A DNA stretch of 61,420 nucleotides, the filler included, from Sphacelaria rigidula (Eukaryota), in the NCBI GenBank assembly GCA_964200075.2. It is 10 parts of 10 records of this genome, joined end to end, with 100 filler letters (N's around TTAATTAATTAA, not from the genome) between each part and the next. Parts side by side here need not be neighbours in the genome. Positions count along the whole stretch, not along the records: positions 24,609 to 30,660 come from CAXNAA020022562.1; positions 30,761 to 36,812 come from CAXNAA020022563.1; 8 more parts are not named here. One strand, 5' to 3'. How positions within the stretch are numbered: position 1 is the first letter of the stretch; each line of letters begins with the position of its first letter. The notes beneath the pieces are model-generated. The model saw only the letters and a list, made by a program, of their open reading frames with translations. It ran no database searches and was not told where the DNA came from. The position numbers and the translations under genes were made by a program. Shown here piece after piece: positions 24,689-36,912 of the stretch.

Positions 24689-24952
24689 ATCGTAGAAAGT
24701 GTGGCACTCTGTCTCCTCCCGAACAAAGCACCAAGAGGAATAGATAGTACTTCAGCCATCTCAATGTAGGGGATATCTAGAGCAATCAACGTATAATCTC
24801 CGCAAGGGCGCCATGGTACTGATGAGAACTGAAACGGAGACAAGAGACGACTGGAGATGGTGGCCTTAACCCAAGGGCATGGAGTTGGGGCCTGGACATA
24901 TCGTGGTCGAAAGTAGCAATAAGTTCCCTGCGGCAACGGATGGCGTTATAAG

Positions 24953-25473
24953 TAGTCCGCATGCAAACTGGGCAAATTTTGGAATTGGGTATTTTTGGCG
25001 ATTTTTCGGGTGCCGCCGCTCATCACAGTGGACGTCTGACCCCGAAGGTTGGGTATCGGGAGATACTAGCATCCGCTTTGGACGACTTACCGGGTGACCG
25101 TTTCTCGGGGTCCTGTGACTACCCAGTCCCAGGTTCCGACTATTTTCGGTATTTTGCTAAATTGAATCAATCCTGGCCGTTCTCGTGAAGAAACTAAAAA
25201 CAAGTGTTTTCTTATATTTTACCCATTCATTGCATTTGAGCAAAAACAAATGTGTTTTTTGTCCAATAACGGCCAATAACATCGTCCTGATAAACGAGGG
25301 CTTTACTCCGTATCACCCCGACCATCCTCAACTTCGGGATCGTGTCCTGTATACGACCTGTTTATTTCCTTAGTACATTTCGACTCTAGTACTTTCGAGT
25401 GCTACGGAAGAATAGTATGCGAGAACGTTATGAAAACCCACCTGAAAAAATCGCCCAGTTTGCATGCGGACTA
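24953..25473. mobile_element. Non-autonomous TIR element (521 bp)
   Basis: Perfect 21-bp inverted ends TAGTCCGCATGCAAACTGGGC / GCCCAGTTTGCATGCGGACTA; TSD not resolved. Confidence 0.65.
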
Positions 25474-27029
25474 TTGGTACCAAGTGGCTCATGGGGGTTT
25501 GTCATATCTGCTCCAAGTTTGGGTGCGCTCGTTTTATTGTCACTTCCAAGTTCATATCCCGCTTTGGATTGCTCTATCGTAACGGTCCCTGGAATGGTTG
25601 TTGTTGGTATTGTCATGTTCCGGATTGTTCCTCCAGTCGGATTGATTGGCCAGCGGTGATGAAAAGCTCTACGGTTTTGCCTCTTTTTGTCCATTCGCTA
25701 TTAAATTATACTCTTCTCCAATCTGGTGATATTTTCGGCCAAGTGCCTGCTATAAACATGGGCATACATCGTCCATGCGCATTAGGGACTACTGAGTTTT
25801 TTGCCTGAGGACTTGTTTTGAGTTGGTTGAGCCACCTGGCAATTCTGGTTTTATCCATCGGACGCAGATCGAGTGGTAGAAGTCCTTCAGGGATGTTTAG
25901 GACGTACAGCGGGAATAATACTGCCTTCTTTCCCTTCAAACTTTCAATCCCTCTCCTCCCTCGGGACGAGTCTGCGGTATCAAGGGAGCATCCTATCTCT
26001 CCATCGGCACACGCTGTCAAGTGAAAAGGATTGTCACCCCAGCTGCTAGAGGCAAAGAGGTGATAACGTGTCCAGGATCGAAGCGCTCTCTGTATCTACT
26101 TTTTACAGTTGAGGTATTTTTAGGGAGCGGTAGCTATTATTTACCAAATATGCACGGGTAAGAAATGAGCAGAATAGGAAAGGGTATGGTACACTCAGGC
26201 AAGGACTTGTTAGTCTCCTTGTTCCTGAGGCTCAGTCACCGAAGCCGAAGACCGTGGACGGGGCAATTGAAGTATCAGACGCAGAAATGGTATTTGATTA
26301 ACCTCTACTGTACTGTAAAATCCAAGGCCAGATGAGAGAGTGACATCGTGGGGTTGGTGCGGAAGACCGACAAAACGACCCTGAACGTGTCCTCACTGAG
26401 GTCATGGCTCATTCACGATCCAAACGAGTCAACTTCAACCTCTTCTTTTACGTATATATCGTATCGTTCCACGCTTATAAATCCACGTCATCAAACAAGA
26501 TAGCGACCATCACGCACTTGTGTCTCCAAAACGACACAGCTGATCATGTGGGCGCTCATTTATTAGCCAAAGTTATACTCTGCTCGTACCCGCTAGTCAT
26601 ACCAAAAACAACTCAGCAACTGCAATATACCTATCACATAACACGCCCCACATCTTGGCATCGCGGATTGGATCATGACTATTATTGGTACACCCTCATC
26701 TCCCCGACTCCCGTAAAAAAAATGCCTTCGCTACTCACTTCCTCACGTTTCCAGCGATAGAAATTAGATGCTTCTCAGGAAAGGCCTAAATGCATTTGCC
26801 GTGATTTGAACGCCAACTCTTACGCCCCAGTCGTTGCACCGTTTTGATTTACACCACCGGAGCGGACTGTCTGTGGTGAGAAGACGCGTTGGGCACAGAG
26901 AGCGATTCCATTTCTACTGAAGCATCTAGCATTACGTCGCTACTGAGAACAAAACAAGCAAAACCCACGAGCCCTTCAACCCCTTTTACTGCAAAACCAG
27001 CGTTTTTTCAGTCGATTTGTATATCGATT

Positions 27030-27282
27030 GACATTTTCTACGATAGCTCCCCCCCCCAAAAAAGTGCATGGTTTTGGGAGGCAAAATTTTCACGTAAATC
27101 GAAATGGGAAAAACCGAGCGCAACGAGCAGCTGGGGATTCCCACGCTTGGGTGCGTTCTCACCAATGTTGCCGATATGAGGTGTTTCATGCAGCCTGTAC
27201 CCAAACATCAGGCGCTGTATGGTCATTTTTTTCGTGGCATTTTTGGGCTGGTTTTGGGGGGGGGGCTATCATAGAAAGTGTC
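27030..27282. mobile_element. MITE (253 bp), GACACTTTCTACGATAGCCCC TIR family, 4-bp TSD GATT
   Basis: GATT at 27026-27029 and 27283-27286; homologous to 9679-10116 and 57929-58209. Confidence 0.85.
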
Positions 27283-28343
27283 GATTGAAGCATGCTTTTT
27301 CATGACTTCATACTTGATGCATGGCCATTTGTGTGTTTCTACGGAACGGATCACCCCAGATGCTGCGCGATCAAAAAGAGGTACACGCCCCGAGGGCACG
27401 CAAACGCACCACACTGTTTCAGGTCAGCCCACAACAACGTGGTTTCACAGGTATCTGAATATGAAGAACAATAATCCACCAGCAATCATGCGCCAAGTGT
27501 TTACGAAAACGTATCCTCATTTGTCCATTCTCTTCTTCTTCTCCTCCTCCTATAGTCAGTCGTGCGCTAATCGTCCCCACCTTCAAAGCACTGGTTATAA
27601 CTGACACGGAGAAGCGCATATAGCTTTACAGCCGAAGTACGCGTTCCAGTATCAGTTGGCACCCGTTTCGTTGGAATCCAGGACGATGTCTTCACTAATA
27701 GCTCTGTGTGAGAGAGAAATAAACTTGCAAATGAAGATAACAACACTCGAGTTCAACCTGGAACCTCTTCTTTACACTAATATGTGAAAGTTCTGGCCGG
27801 GGGGGAGATGGATTGATCCCTTGAGAACTCGGACTCTTCCCGAGGAGGAGGAGGGGGAGGAGGGGGAGGAGGAGGAGGAGGAGGAGTTGAAAGCGAGAAC
27901 ACAGACACATGTATCTCTTCAAGGGCTCTCAACTCCCTGTTCTGAACCTGCAATTGTCAGAGGGCACCTAATAGATGCACATGTGAAAGGTACGCAGACG
28001 TACATAATCGATTGAATCTATAATGACAAACTGGGCAGATTAATGCTGGTATCCCATCCGTGCCCACAGCTGGGAACTCTATAAAACCCGGCCCTCCATA
28101 GTATTACTAGTCGTGACCGAAGTACAAGAAAAATTGCCAATCCTTGCAGCAGGAGGTTTGGAGATAGGTGTACGTGATACAGGATGGCGGCGGATCCCTC
28201 TCTTCCCAAGCCATCCCACAGCCAACCACCCACCGAGGACGGATAAAGGCCCCACGGACGACAAACTCACCGGAGAGGAAGTGCAATAGAGAGTGAGATA
28301 AAGGGCGTAGTCAGATAGTTCAGTGGTGTGCTGTACAGATGTA

Positions 28344-28550
28344 TGAGAGAGTTTCGAAAAACGCTTTTTTGTCATTTCAGAGTGCAAATATCTCAGGATC
28401 AGAGCGTAACGAAAAGTTGTTTCCCTCTCCGTCAAATGTTGTATCCCCCCAACCGTTTTTCGATGATTTTTTTTTTTTCATTTTGCACTCTGATCCTGAG
28501 ATATTTGCACTCTGGAATGACAAAAATGAGTTTTTCGAAACTATCTTTCG
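28344..28550. mobile_element. Foldback MITE, possible 4-bp TSD TGTA
   Basis: ~65-bp arms with CAGAGTGCAAATATCTCAGGATCAGAG / CTCTGATCCTGAGATATTTGCACTCTG; TGTA at 28340-28343 and 28551-28554. Confidence 0.7.
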
Positions 28551-28765
28551 TGTAGGGTAAGGCCAGAGAAAATTCAAAACGAAACGATGGACATTTAATG
28601 TTGATCGGCTGTTCTGTGATATTGCACCATACTGTGAGTGACACTGACACAATATTTGAGTGAGCACGCGTAGTTTGAGACGGTCACCATATGATGGATG
28701 TTACTTTATTTTCTTGGAGATGAACAGCGAAGCAGTCGACCGCGTGATGTTGGTGCTCACCGCAC

Positions 28766-28850
28766 CTCACTGTTGTAGTAGCAATCTGCGCCGTGCCTTG
28801 TGACGAGAGCGTAGTACCCCTCCGGAACAGTGAACCACGGCAAGCAGGCA
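28766..28850 (-). CDS. Possible exon of SPFH/Band 7 domain protein
   Basis: ACLPWFTVPEGYYALVTRHGAD resembles the SPFH N-terminal VPxG...V..R.G pattern; acceptor TTCTCAG, donor GTGCGG. Partner exons not found. Confidence 0.45.
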
Positions 28851-29039
28851 CTGAGAATAGATCGAACGGTTTCACGCCGGAGCGGCGAGGGGGAGGGGAA
28901 GGCGGAGCGAGCGGTATCCTTCAGCAAAACGTTCTGCCTTTCGATATTTTACATTCTTCATTATTTCAATCGTCTTTGATATAAACTCGTATCATTGCAC
29001 CTTTATGTTTATTATGCTCTGTTGCTTTGTCGAAGATCG

Positions 29040-30140
29040 GAAGCTTATCAAGCGGGTATCGCTCGAAGACGGACCCATCGATATGAAGGCTGATGAACAT
29101 TGTTGGTGTAACCATAGGCGTGTACGATATTGTTTACAACAACACCTGGAGGGGGGAACGAGCGATATGTCAGATGCATCTCGAGATTAAAGTAGGTTGT
29201 ACGCCTTCGCTCCAGCAGCATCATGCGAAGTATAGGTCGGCCGCCTGAACATGGGCTTCCGATCATTGGGTTTCTTAGTCATGGCGTTATCTGCATACCA
29301 TGCCCAAAATGCGATCGGTGTTGATTCGAGTGGCACCAATCTCCGCACGGTGTTGGTAACAATCAGGTCCTATGATGCCTTGCAGCGTTGGACGTATTAT
29401 ACACGCTTCTGCGATTTTGACCAGAAATGCGGATCATTGAGTCAACGTCCCAAGCGAGCGTAGAAAATCATCACTACTTCTTCTGTAAACTTGTGTGATA
29501 ATTCGACACACAACTGGAAATCATGCCACGGTAGGTATGCACGCAATATTCCTCAAGTCAGAATCGCTAGCAGCCCTATATTTCACCCAAAAAACGTCTA
29601 TTGGAATTATCTGACAGCAGGTCATGGTCATTGGGTTCCAATGGGCTGGGGATACCTCGAATGAGCGTGAAAACGAGGATGTCCTGGCCCATATTCTTGT
29701 GTACCTTTTATCTTCAGGAGCTCCCCAGCGTTACAGACTTTCGTGTTATCTTGGTCATGCACAATCCAAGAAAACGGAACCGATTTTGATTATCTAAATT
29801 TTTTCGTATCTTCTCGACAAGTCGTTTTTCCCAGCATCACACCCGAGCAAGCGTCAGTGCCCTCTCTTCTTGTGGGGCAGAACATGCTGTGTCTGAGTTT
29901 TCAATCAGACAACATCCGGTAAAATTTACACGATTGGCTTGATAAGATCGGTCCCGATTTTCTGTGGCCCAACGTAACAGAAGAATTGCCAGATGCGTAA
30001 ACTTGACAGTGCTTTCCAATCGAAATTGAGGTATGCCATGTGGCTTCTCACGAGCAAGCGCTAAGAGGATTCTACGGTAGGAGTGCACTTTTCAGTCTAG
30101 AAGTGTTCTGAGGCTGCACATTACTAACGTCCAGATGTTT
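29040..30140 (-). pseudogene. Highly degenerate Ty1/copia-like pol remnant
   Basis: Weak remnants in copia order: integrase C-terminal region (FTGCC), LIVTNT..LVP...PI (RT start), RLW...SSAFISMG..SSDT. Confidence 0.35.
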
Positions 30141-30449
30141 TTTTCATCCAGGCACTCGGACAGTGCAGAGCCTCAGAAAGAAAATGTGTATCCCTACCGC
30201 AGAACCGCTCGCTTCAGTGTTCGTTCATGCGGAGCGTGTTGACCGCATCGCTCGTGTTTCCTGGTACCTCTCAGACACCTGGGGCTTTCTCACAGCATCT
30301 AAACCCGTTTGAAGGTTGGTTGGGAGCAGTTCGCCGAAGAAAAGGTCAAGACGAAATAAAGATATAATCAACAACACACACACAACACGGGGGTGATGCC
30401 GCGATAGCCCCCTCCCCCCCAAATCAGCCCCGAAGCTGTCACGAACAAA

Positions 30450-30570
30450 ATGACCATTGATTGATTTGATTGATTGTCGCACTTTAACTGACCCTCCAGG
30501 GGTCCAGCCGTGGTGTCATGATAGACGTACCCAAAAAAAACGAAACTAAAACACGCTCTGAGAAAAAGAA
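30450..30570 (-). mobile_element. 3' end of LINE-like family with (AATC)n tail (second copy at 35455-35580)
   Basis: (GATT)n-GTCGCACTT...CAGCCGTGGT...GATAGACGTACCCAA is shared by both copies in different contigs. Confidence 0.65.
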
Positions 30571-31099
30571 GGAACACAAAACAGGGGGAGGGGGGGGGGG
30601 GGGGGGGAAAAAAAAAAAAAAAGAAAAAAAAAGGGGAAAAAAAAAAAAAAAAAAAAAAAANNNNNNNNNNNNNNNNNNNNNNNNNNNNNNNNNNNNNNNN
30701 NNNNTTAATTAATTAANNNNNNNNNNNNNNNNNNNNNNNNNNNNNNNNNNNNNNNNNNNNGGGGGGGGGGGGCGGGCCGGGGGGGCGCGGGAGCGGGCGG
30801 GGGGGGGGGGGAGGGGGGAACACCCAGTCGTCCGTCCCCTGGTTTATTGCTGAAGCGTTCGTGGATTCGGTCAGCTGCCGTGGATAGAGATCCTTGGCAT
30901 GGAGACCTGAGGCCATCGGGACAGAGCGCGAAAGGAGCAGAAGCAAATATATAAACCCCGCAAAGCCCATCAGACTTTTCGGTTTTTGTCAGTGTTTATT
31001 GATCAATTTCTTCGAACAAAATCAACGGAAAGAATCAAAGCAGCCCTGATTGATCAATTTCTTGCAACAAAACGACAAGAACAAAACAAAATCATGACA

Positions 31100-32600
31100 A
31101 TTTTCGGAAGAATTCCCTCCGGGGGAAGGGGCGGCTACGTATCCGAAAATTTTCTCCGCGCTGCCCCCTGGGTGGGGTCACCCACGACGTCGCGTGTTTC
31201 GGTCTATTTGCTGGAATCCCGGACGCCTCTTAACGGACGAACCCCTGCGCAACCGGAAGATTCCATGCATGGCGTCAACCTTGTCAGAATATTTTGCGGT
31301 CCGCCCATCGGAATCCTCACTCCTTCACCACTGACGGATCACTACGGAACGGGGGTACTCCACGGCGTCAAACTTGTCAACACATTTGTCGGTCCATCGC
31401 CGGAATCCTCACGCGTACGCATCGCGGGTACGCCTTTTTTGCGCGGAATCGCATTATCTTATGCCCTGCTATTGAGCATGGGATGGCCGGGGTTTGGATT
31501 CCTACCCAGGACTTCTCCCCGAGATTTCGAGGTCGCGGACGGACGACCGGGTGGGACCTGAGTTTCTCTCTGGAATGCTCGGGCGGGTCCTGGATGGTCC
31601 TCCGTGGCTTTTCTCCTAGATCTTGGAGTGTAGACACAGAAACGGGTTGGCAATTGCCGCTCGTGAGTCTTGCACGCGAGCAGGCTCCCTCTGAGGCACA
31701 GCCCGCGCAATCACCAGACAAGACCGTGCTTGACGCCACCACTGACGGTCTCATCGAGGAACAGCCATCGTCTCTGACTCCTTTTCCCAGTCCGTTACCA
31801 TCCGCTGCGGCTGTCGAGACTTCACTGGCCATCAAGCCTCCGAGGTGGGGGGGATATCACTCGTCCTCGGCTGTTGAATCGTCGGGAGCCATGGGGCGGG
31901 AAGGGAGACAAAATCAGTGATGGTGAGGTCAACAGAAGCAGCGAGCGGGGAGCAGCCCTCCCTCCACCCAAACCGTTCGAGCTCGCGCGCATGCGGCAGC
32001 AAACTCGCCGTCAACAACGATAAACGGCGGGCACAGGTGTACAGGAGACTGATGGGGATGGACCAGGAAAAAACCGGGAGCGAGGCGGGGTATATCCCCC
32101 CTTCGAATGAGCCGCGGGCACTGGGGCGCACGCAGCAACAGGTTCGTCACATTTCGGGCGTGGTTGAGGGACTGATGGCTCTGAACGGGGAAACGTCATG
32201 CTTGCTGCATCGACGGTGACCTTCATGACACCGTCAGGGCGATGAGGATGCACGAGGAACAACCTCAAGGTTGTCCTTTCCGTCGGACGGTGCGGTTGGA
32301 TCTTTCATGTGACTGGTGAACAATACTCGCCGGCATGCTCGCCGTCATAACGTGGACAGTGTGCGAGTGGTGTGCATGCAGCGTCCCGACACAGCCACTA
32401 CTATTCCCACCAAGACTAGATGCACATAATACAACTCCTCGGGAAACCTTTAGCGCTCACTCGAGATGGGCGATACACATGATTCTAGTTCAGTCGACGG
32501 ACTAGCGGCATACGCCGATGCGGATACGCTAGTGTAGAGGATAGAGGGCCTGTGTCAGGAGGCCCTGTCGTGCTTGGTATATCTAGAGCTCAAGGCCACA
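31100..32600 (+). pseudogene. Degenerate Ty1/copia pol remnant
   Basis: AVGSFM*LVNNTR (copia VGSL...TRPD) at ~32290, and LAAYADAD/YASVEDRGPVSG (RNase H YxDADxA..DRRSxSG) at ~32500-32560. Confidence 0.6.
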
Positions 32601-32649
32601 CGATGTTGTGTTGTACGGAGGCATATTATAGCTGCAGGGGATGCTGGTC

Positions 32650-32989
32650 GCCCCGGTGGCTCAGTTAGTAACCTCGAAACCTTTTGACAGTTGGGTCGTG
32701 GGTTCAATTCTCGGAGCGATCTGGGTTCTTTTCTTACACCATGCCCATCAGTGTAGAGCGACTACGTCGTGGGTACACAAAATTCGACTTCACGGTCGAC
32801 GAGGGAAAGAAACCGCTGAACCCCTCTCGCGATGAAAATTGAGGCGAGCACCGCAGAAGAAAGGTGGAGTACGAGAGCAAAAGAAAAACTAATCCTTTGT
32901 TACCCCCCCCCTGTGTGACCCCTGTTAATGCGCGTACATATACCGCACGGTGTAGACTGGCGTCCAGAATGGATGAGATGATAACGCAC

Positions 32990-33020
<31 letters not shown>
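32650..33020 (+). mobile_element. tRNA-derived SINE with (CA)n tail
   Basis: A box TGGCTCAGTTAG (32657-32668), B box GGTTCAATTCT (32701-32711), body shared with 19999-20104, microsatellite tail. No complete cloverleaf. Confidence 0.7.
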
Positions 33021-33023
<3 letters not shown>

Positions 33024-34808
33024 GGAGGTAGCCAGGGAAGCGTCGATCATTAAGTCGGTTCTCAGGTTTAATCAACTCGATCTCGAGGTGACATGCACCA
33101 CGAGTTTCGAAGATCGTCCGGGGGCAATGCAGATCGCAAGCAGTATGGCATATCTAGACAACGGAAGAATTGACACAACGCCAACGGTTGAGTCCACACC
33201 AAATTAAATCAAGGAGACATGTACAGGTAGTATACGATAAGGTAGTACAAACCGATAATGAAGAAATGCAGAAAAAACGAGGAGGCGTCGACGTTCACCG
33301 GAATTGAAGGACAATTTACAACACACACACATCGCCACGGACTCGAGGTGGACGAAGAAGATGAAGGAGTCGAACACGTTGACAACTGACTATGTAGAAT
33401 GAGTAGCGGGAGGGGACAGCGTCCCGCAACTCGCTGTCCCGTGGTTTCCCCCGCGATCATCCCCCAACGAACGTCATGGGCTCATCTGTCACATTATAGC
33501 TCCAGGCTACGAAGCGCTTAGTGGAAGTACACGTGGAAATATAGCTACTAAAACGATATTTTGGACCAGAGAACCCAAGTACGAGCAAGGGGATAACACA
33601 ATGAAGAAACTTATCGCTTAGCAGCGGCAACAGTAAGCGCATGAACGCGCGCCACCTGCAAAGCCTTCGCTTGAAAAGTTGAACCTTCAGGCCATATTCG
33701 GCGTTCAACGCAGACGCTCGGATTGACGGTTTCACCTGAAAATTTGAAACCAAAGTGAAAATCTTCGACTTACAAACGAGAGCCTTCGAATGAACCCAGG
33801 GGTTTTCGACGTGAATGTTCAACCTTAACTCTTTGACCACCACGGTGTACGGCCTGAGCATCACAATCATTTTCATGTGGAAGTGGTGCCGATTCAAGAG
33901 GTAACTTATCGATAAGGCTTGAAGTATAATCTTGGAGTAAATGTATTACAGCTTTCTTTGTCTGAAGCTTCAACTTCAATCTCGAATCTGAGTTGCACGT
34001 TCGATTGAAACCCGGACATCCAAATTTCAACGTGTCACCGATTTGTCGTGAAGTTCAATTTTTGGACCTTCATATGAAGCTTCAAGATGAACATACTTTC
34101 GAGTCGAGGGTAGGGCATGAAGCTTCCGATACAACTTGAAGATCCCACTACCGTACCTTCGCTCCGAAATTCTGATCGTAGTTCGTGTGAATCCCCAACT
34201 GCCAAGTTCTGACGCGAAACTCCACTCGAATATCCGGCCTTCAGGTGAACGATTTCAATTTAAAGTTACACCTTACATAGACATTCCGAGCTGAAACTGT
34301 GAACTGATTTCGTGGTAATCGCGTATACTCACCGTAATTTCCGACTTTCATTTCGACCGTGTCAACATTTGACCGTGATGCTCCATTTTCCACGTCGGAC
34401 GTTCTGGTAAACACAGCAGTTCGAGGTTCAGGGCCACGGAGACCCTGAGCCGTACATGTCCGTGTGTTGACAATACTACATGGAAGGCAAAATATCCCAC
34501 AAATGTATGTCGAGGACGATCACCTCTTCACACGTGGACCCGAACCGACCCCGGCAATCGCCGCATATGTTGCTGCTAACGAGCGAGTGCAGCGGGCAGC
34601 GTGTTGCATGGCATGCTGTGTAGACGGCGCCCTGCTGTGAGCTCACGTGAGCATCAGCGCAAGTACTCTGAAGTCAGAGCGCTCGACCACGCGATTGCGT
34701 GGTAGGACCGAACTGTGGCAACTAACTGTTTTCGGTTCGTGCCGAACCGTGCATGAAAACTGCGCACTTTTTATTTTTCCCCCTCGTCACCCGTTTTGTT
34801 TGTGGCAG

Positions 34809-35197
34809 ATACGCGAAGCCGTTGCGGTTCGAGACACTCGAGTGCTTCGGTTTCTGACAGCAGCACCGTCATCAGCACCGGCAACAAAAACAACAAAAAC
34901 AAAAGAAACGTTCGGCACATGCGGCATTGGCGGGCACAGCAGTGATGGCCACGAAGCTTGCGATGGGGAACAAGATGCTTGCGATAAACTTCGCTCGCCT
35001 AGCCCACCACCGCGGCGACAGCTCTTGGTACCCGCCTTGATCGTTGGCTCGGAATCAACTGCAGAAACCACCGTTAGCGACATGCCTCATCGTGAGAGAA
35101 CCAACAGCACTTTCAAGCACCGTTTTTTGGGACAATTCACAACGCGTTGCAGCCCTGAGGGAGCACGGTCACCTTCTCCGTTGTTCGCCTTTTCCTG
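34809..35197 (+). CDS. Putative exon, unknown low-complexity protein
   Basis: Pyrimidine-rich acceptor TTTTGTTTGTGGCAG followed by a ~130-codon open frame; donor uncertain; no recognisable domain. Confidence 0.3.
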
Positions 35198-36390
35198 GTT
35201 GGGATAAGCGTCGCAGTATATACGAGAGCACACGCCAAGGCCTATGTAGCCACATTTCCGCAAAAATGGAGAGTGGTTGTTCTCAGGTGTCCGTTTGTAG
35301 CATTGGATATGTAACCCACGCGCACCCTGTAACTTTGTCTAAGGTGGCTGGTTTCACCGCAGTGTGGTGGTTCGATATGGGTTGCGTTGACTCACGGCAG
35401 TACAGCAAAGTGTCAGATGGAGGCGGCCGTCGTGGCTTCGCTGACCCCTATCGGTTGATTGATTTGATTGATTGATTGTCGCACTTATAGTGACCCTTCA
35501 GCGACCAGCCGTGGTAACAAGATAGACGTACCCAAGACAAAACAAGACCGAAACACTCACTCAAGAAAAAAAAACAAACAGAGAAAGTCGACCAGAACGA
35601 CACAGTAGAGTAAGATCGGTATGCGTTGGATTTGGACGTCTCGCCGATTCGACGGGTTGCAGTAATGTCCCATATAATCTATGGTACAACGTACCGGGTA
35701 TCAGCCGCCTCGCTTCATAGATTGCAAACGAGATGCCCAAGTCTTATTGGAAAATCTCATCGGCTGCTTAACGTGCACCTACGGGGGGCATTCCAAGCAG
35801 GGGAGGATTGCTGTCCACGGAGCGCACTCGAAGAAGAAACACGATCTCCCAATATGCGTCGGTTAACAAGTGGAAGCACAGCGCGGGGTTATGCCTCGGT
35901 CAAGGCAGAAATTCGAGTTGGTGACCATGTACTGCTTCAAGGCATCAGCAACAGGTGCTCACCATCCCGCTTGTTGTGCCTGCGAGCATTCGTTGCTCCC
36001 TCAGGTTGGCCTTGACCTGCATGTGTGCCAGCCTCATGAAGGGCTTACCATCATTTTTTTATCTGGATGTATAGACTACATTGTTTGCTCGGAAGTGATG
36101 CAGGGTCATTCGTGTTCACCCTTCAAGGGATCGGACTGAACAGCTGGTAGCCCAATCCGAGAGGTTTGTGACAAAAACCGAAAATAAGTCGTGGTATATC
36201 TTACTTGGTTTGCAGCTCAGACGTTATCCTGCACAGATTAGAGAGTATCGACAGCATCTATGCACATCGCCTAGCTCCGCGCAATATATCATCTGACACG
36301 CAACATACATATTCCGTGTGTACGACGCACGGCTTCATCACTTCTTCCGAAACGAAGATGGTTGAAGGTTCTGTCCATCGATCCTCTCAG

Positions 36391-36638
36391 ACCGGCCTTG
36401 CTGACTCAAACCGCGGTGGAGGTCAACGATCATCTACCGGCTTCCCCCGGCAGCGAGCGAGTTATCACACCCACGAAATCCCGATTTGAGGCGTCAAAAG
36501 CACGTGGTGTGTCAGTCATGCCGATGCCAAGCGTAGCACCCAGCCGTCTTCGCACCCCGGGAAAGGTGACCCTGCTGCCGCTAGAGAAGTTGTGGGGGGC
36601 AGTGATCCATCGACGAGTTCCATTGTCAAAACGTCGAG
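36391..36638 (+). CDS. Putative exon, unknown protein
   Basis: Acceptor TCCTCTCAG, open frame PALLTQ...LEKLWGAVIHRRVPLSKRR, donor GTACGT. Confidence 0.3.
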
Positions 36639-36912
36639 GTACGTTTGTTGGTGAAGGACAAACAAGTAGGTTTTACAGGTACCTGCACCTGCCGAATAGG
36701 TGCACTCCATTCTCACTTCTCTTCCTCCCCCCTCCCCCCCTAACGCTCCGTCTCGAAAGGGATGCGTGGTCAATGGTCAAACGACTAAGGCAAGCAACAA
36801 ATGAGTACGCCCNNNNNNNNNNNNNNNNNNNNNNNNNNNNNNNNNNNNNNNNNNNNTTAATTAATTAANNNNNNNNNNNNNNNNNNNNNNNNNNNNNNNN
36901 NNNNNNNNNNNN

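Noticed and set aside
24797..24840. Hammerhead ribozyme-like core: TCTCCG ... CTGATGA-GAACT-GAAA-CGGAGA
   Set aside because: Stem III pairs, but the cleavage triplet would be GCA rather than NUH, stem I does not pair and stem II is essentially absent. Probably chance or dead; a cmsearch against hammerhead models would settle it.
30585..30820. Long G/A homopolymer runs as G-quadruplex or regulatory elements
   Set aside because: They sit at contig ends next to spacers and look like low-quality read tails.
32650..32722. Functional tRNA gene
   Set aside because: A and B boxes are present, but acceptor and anticodon stems do not form, and it continues into a repeated body with a microsatellite tail, so it is called a SINE.
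33600..34330. Region rich in GAAGCTTC / AACTTCAA words as a structured element
   Set aside because: No consistent period, TIR or ORF could be defined by eye.
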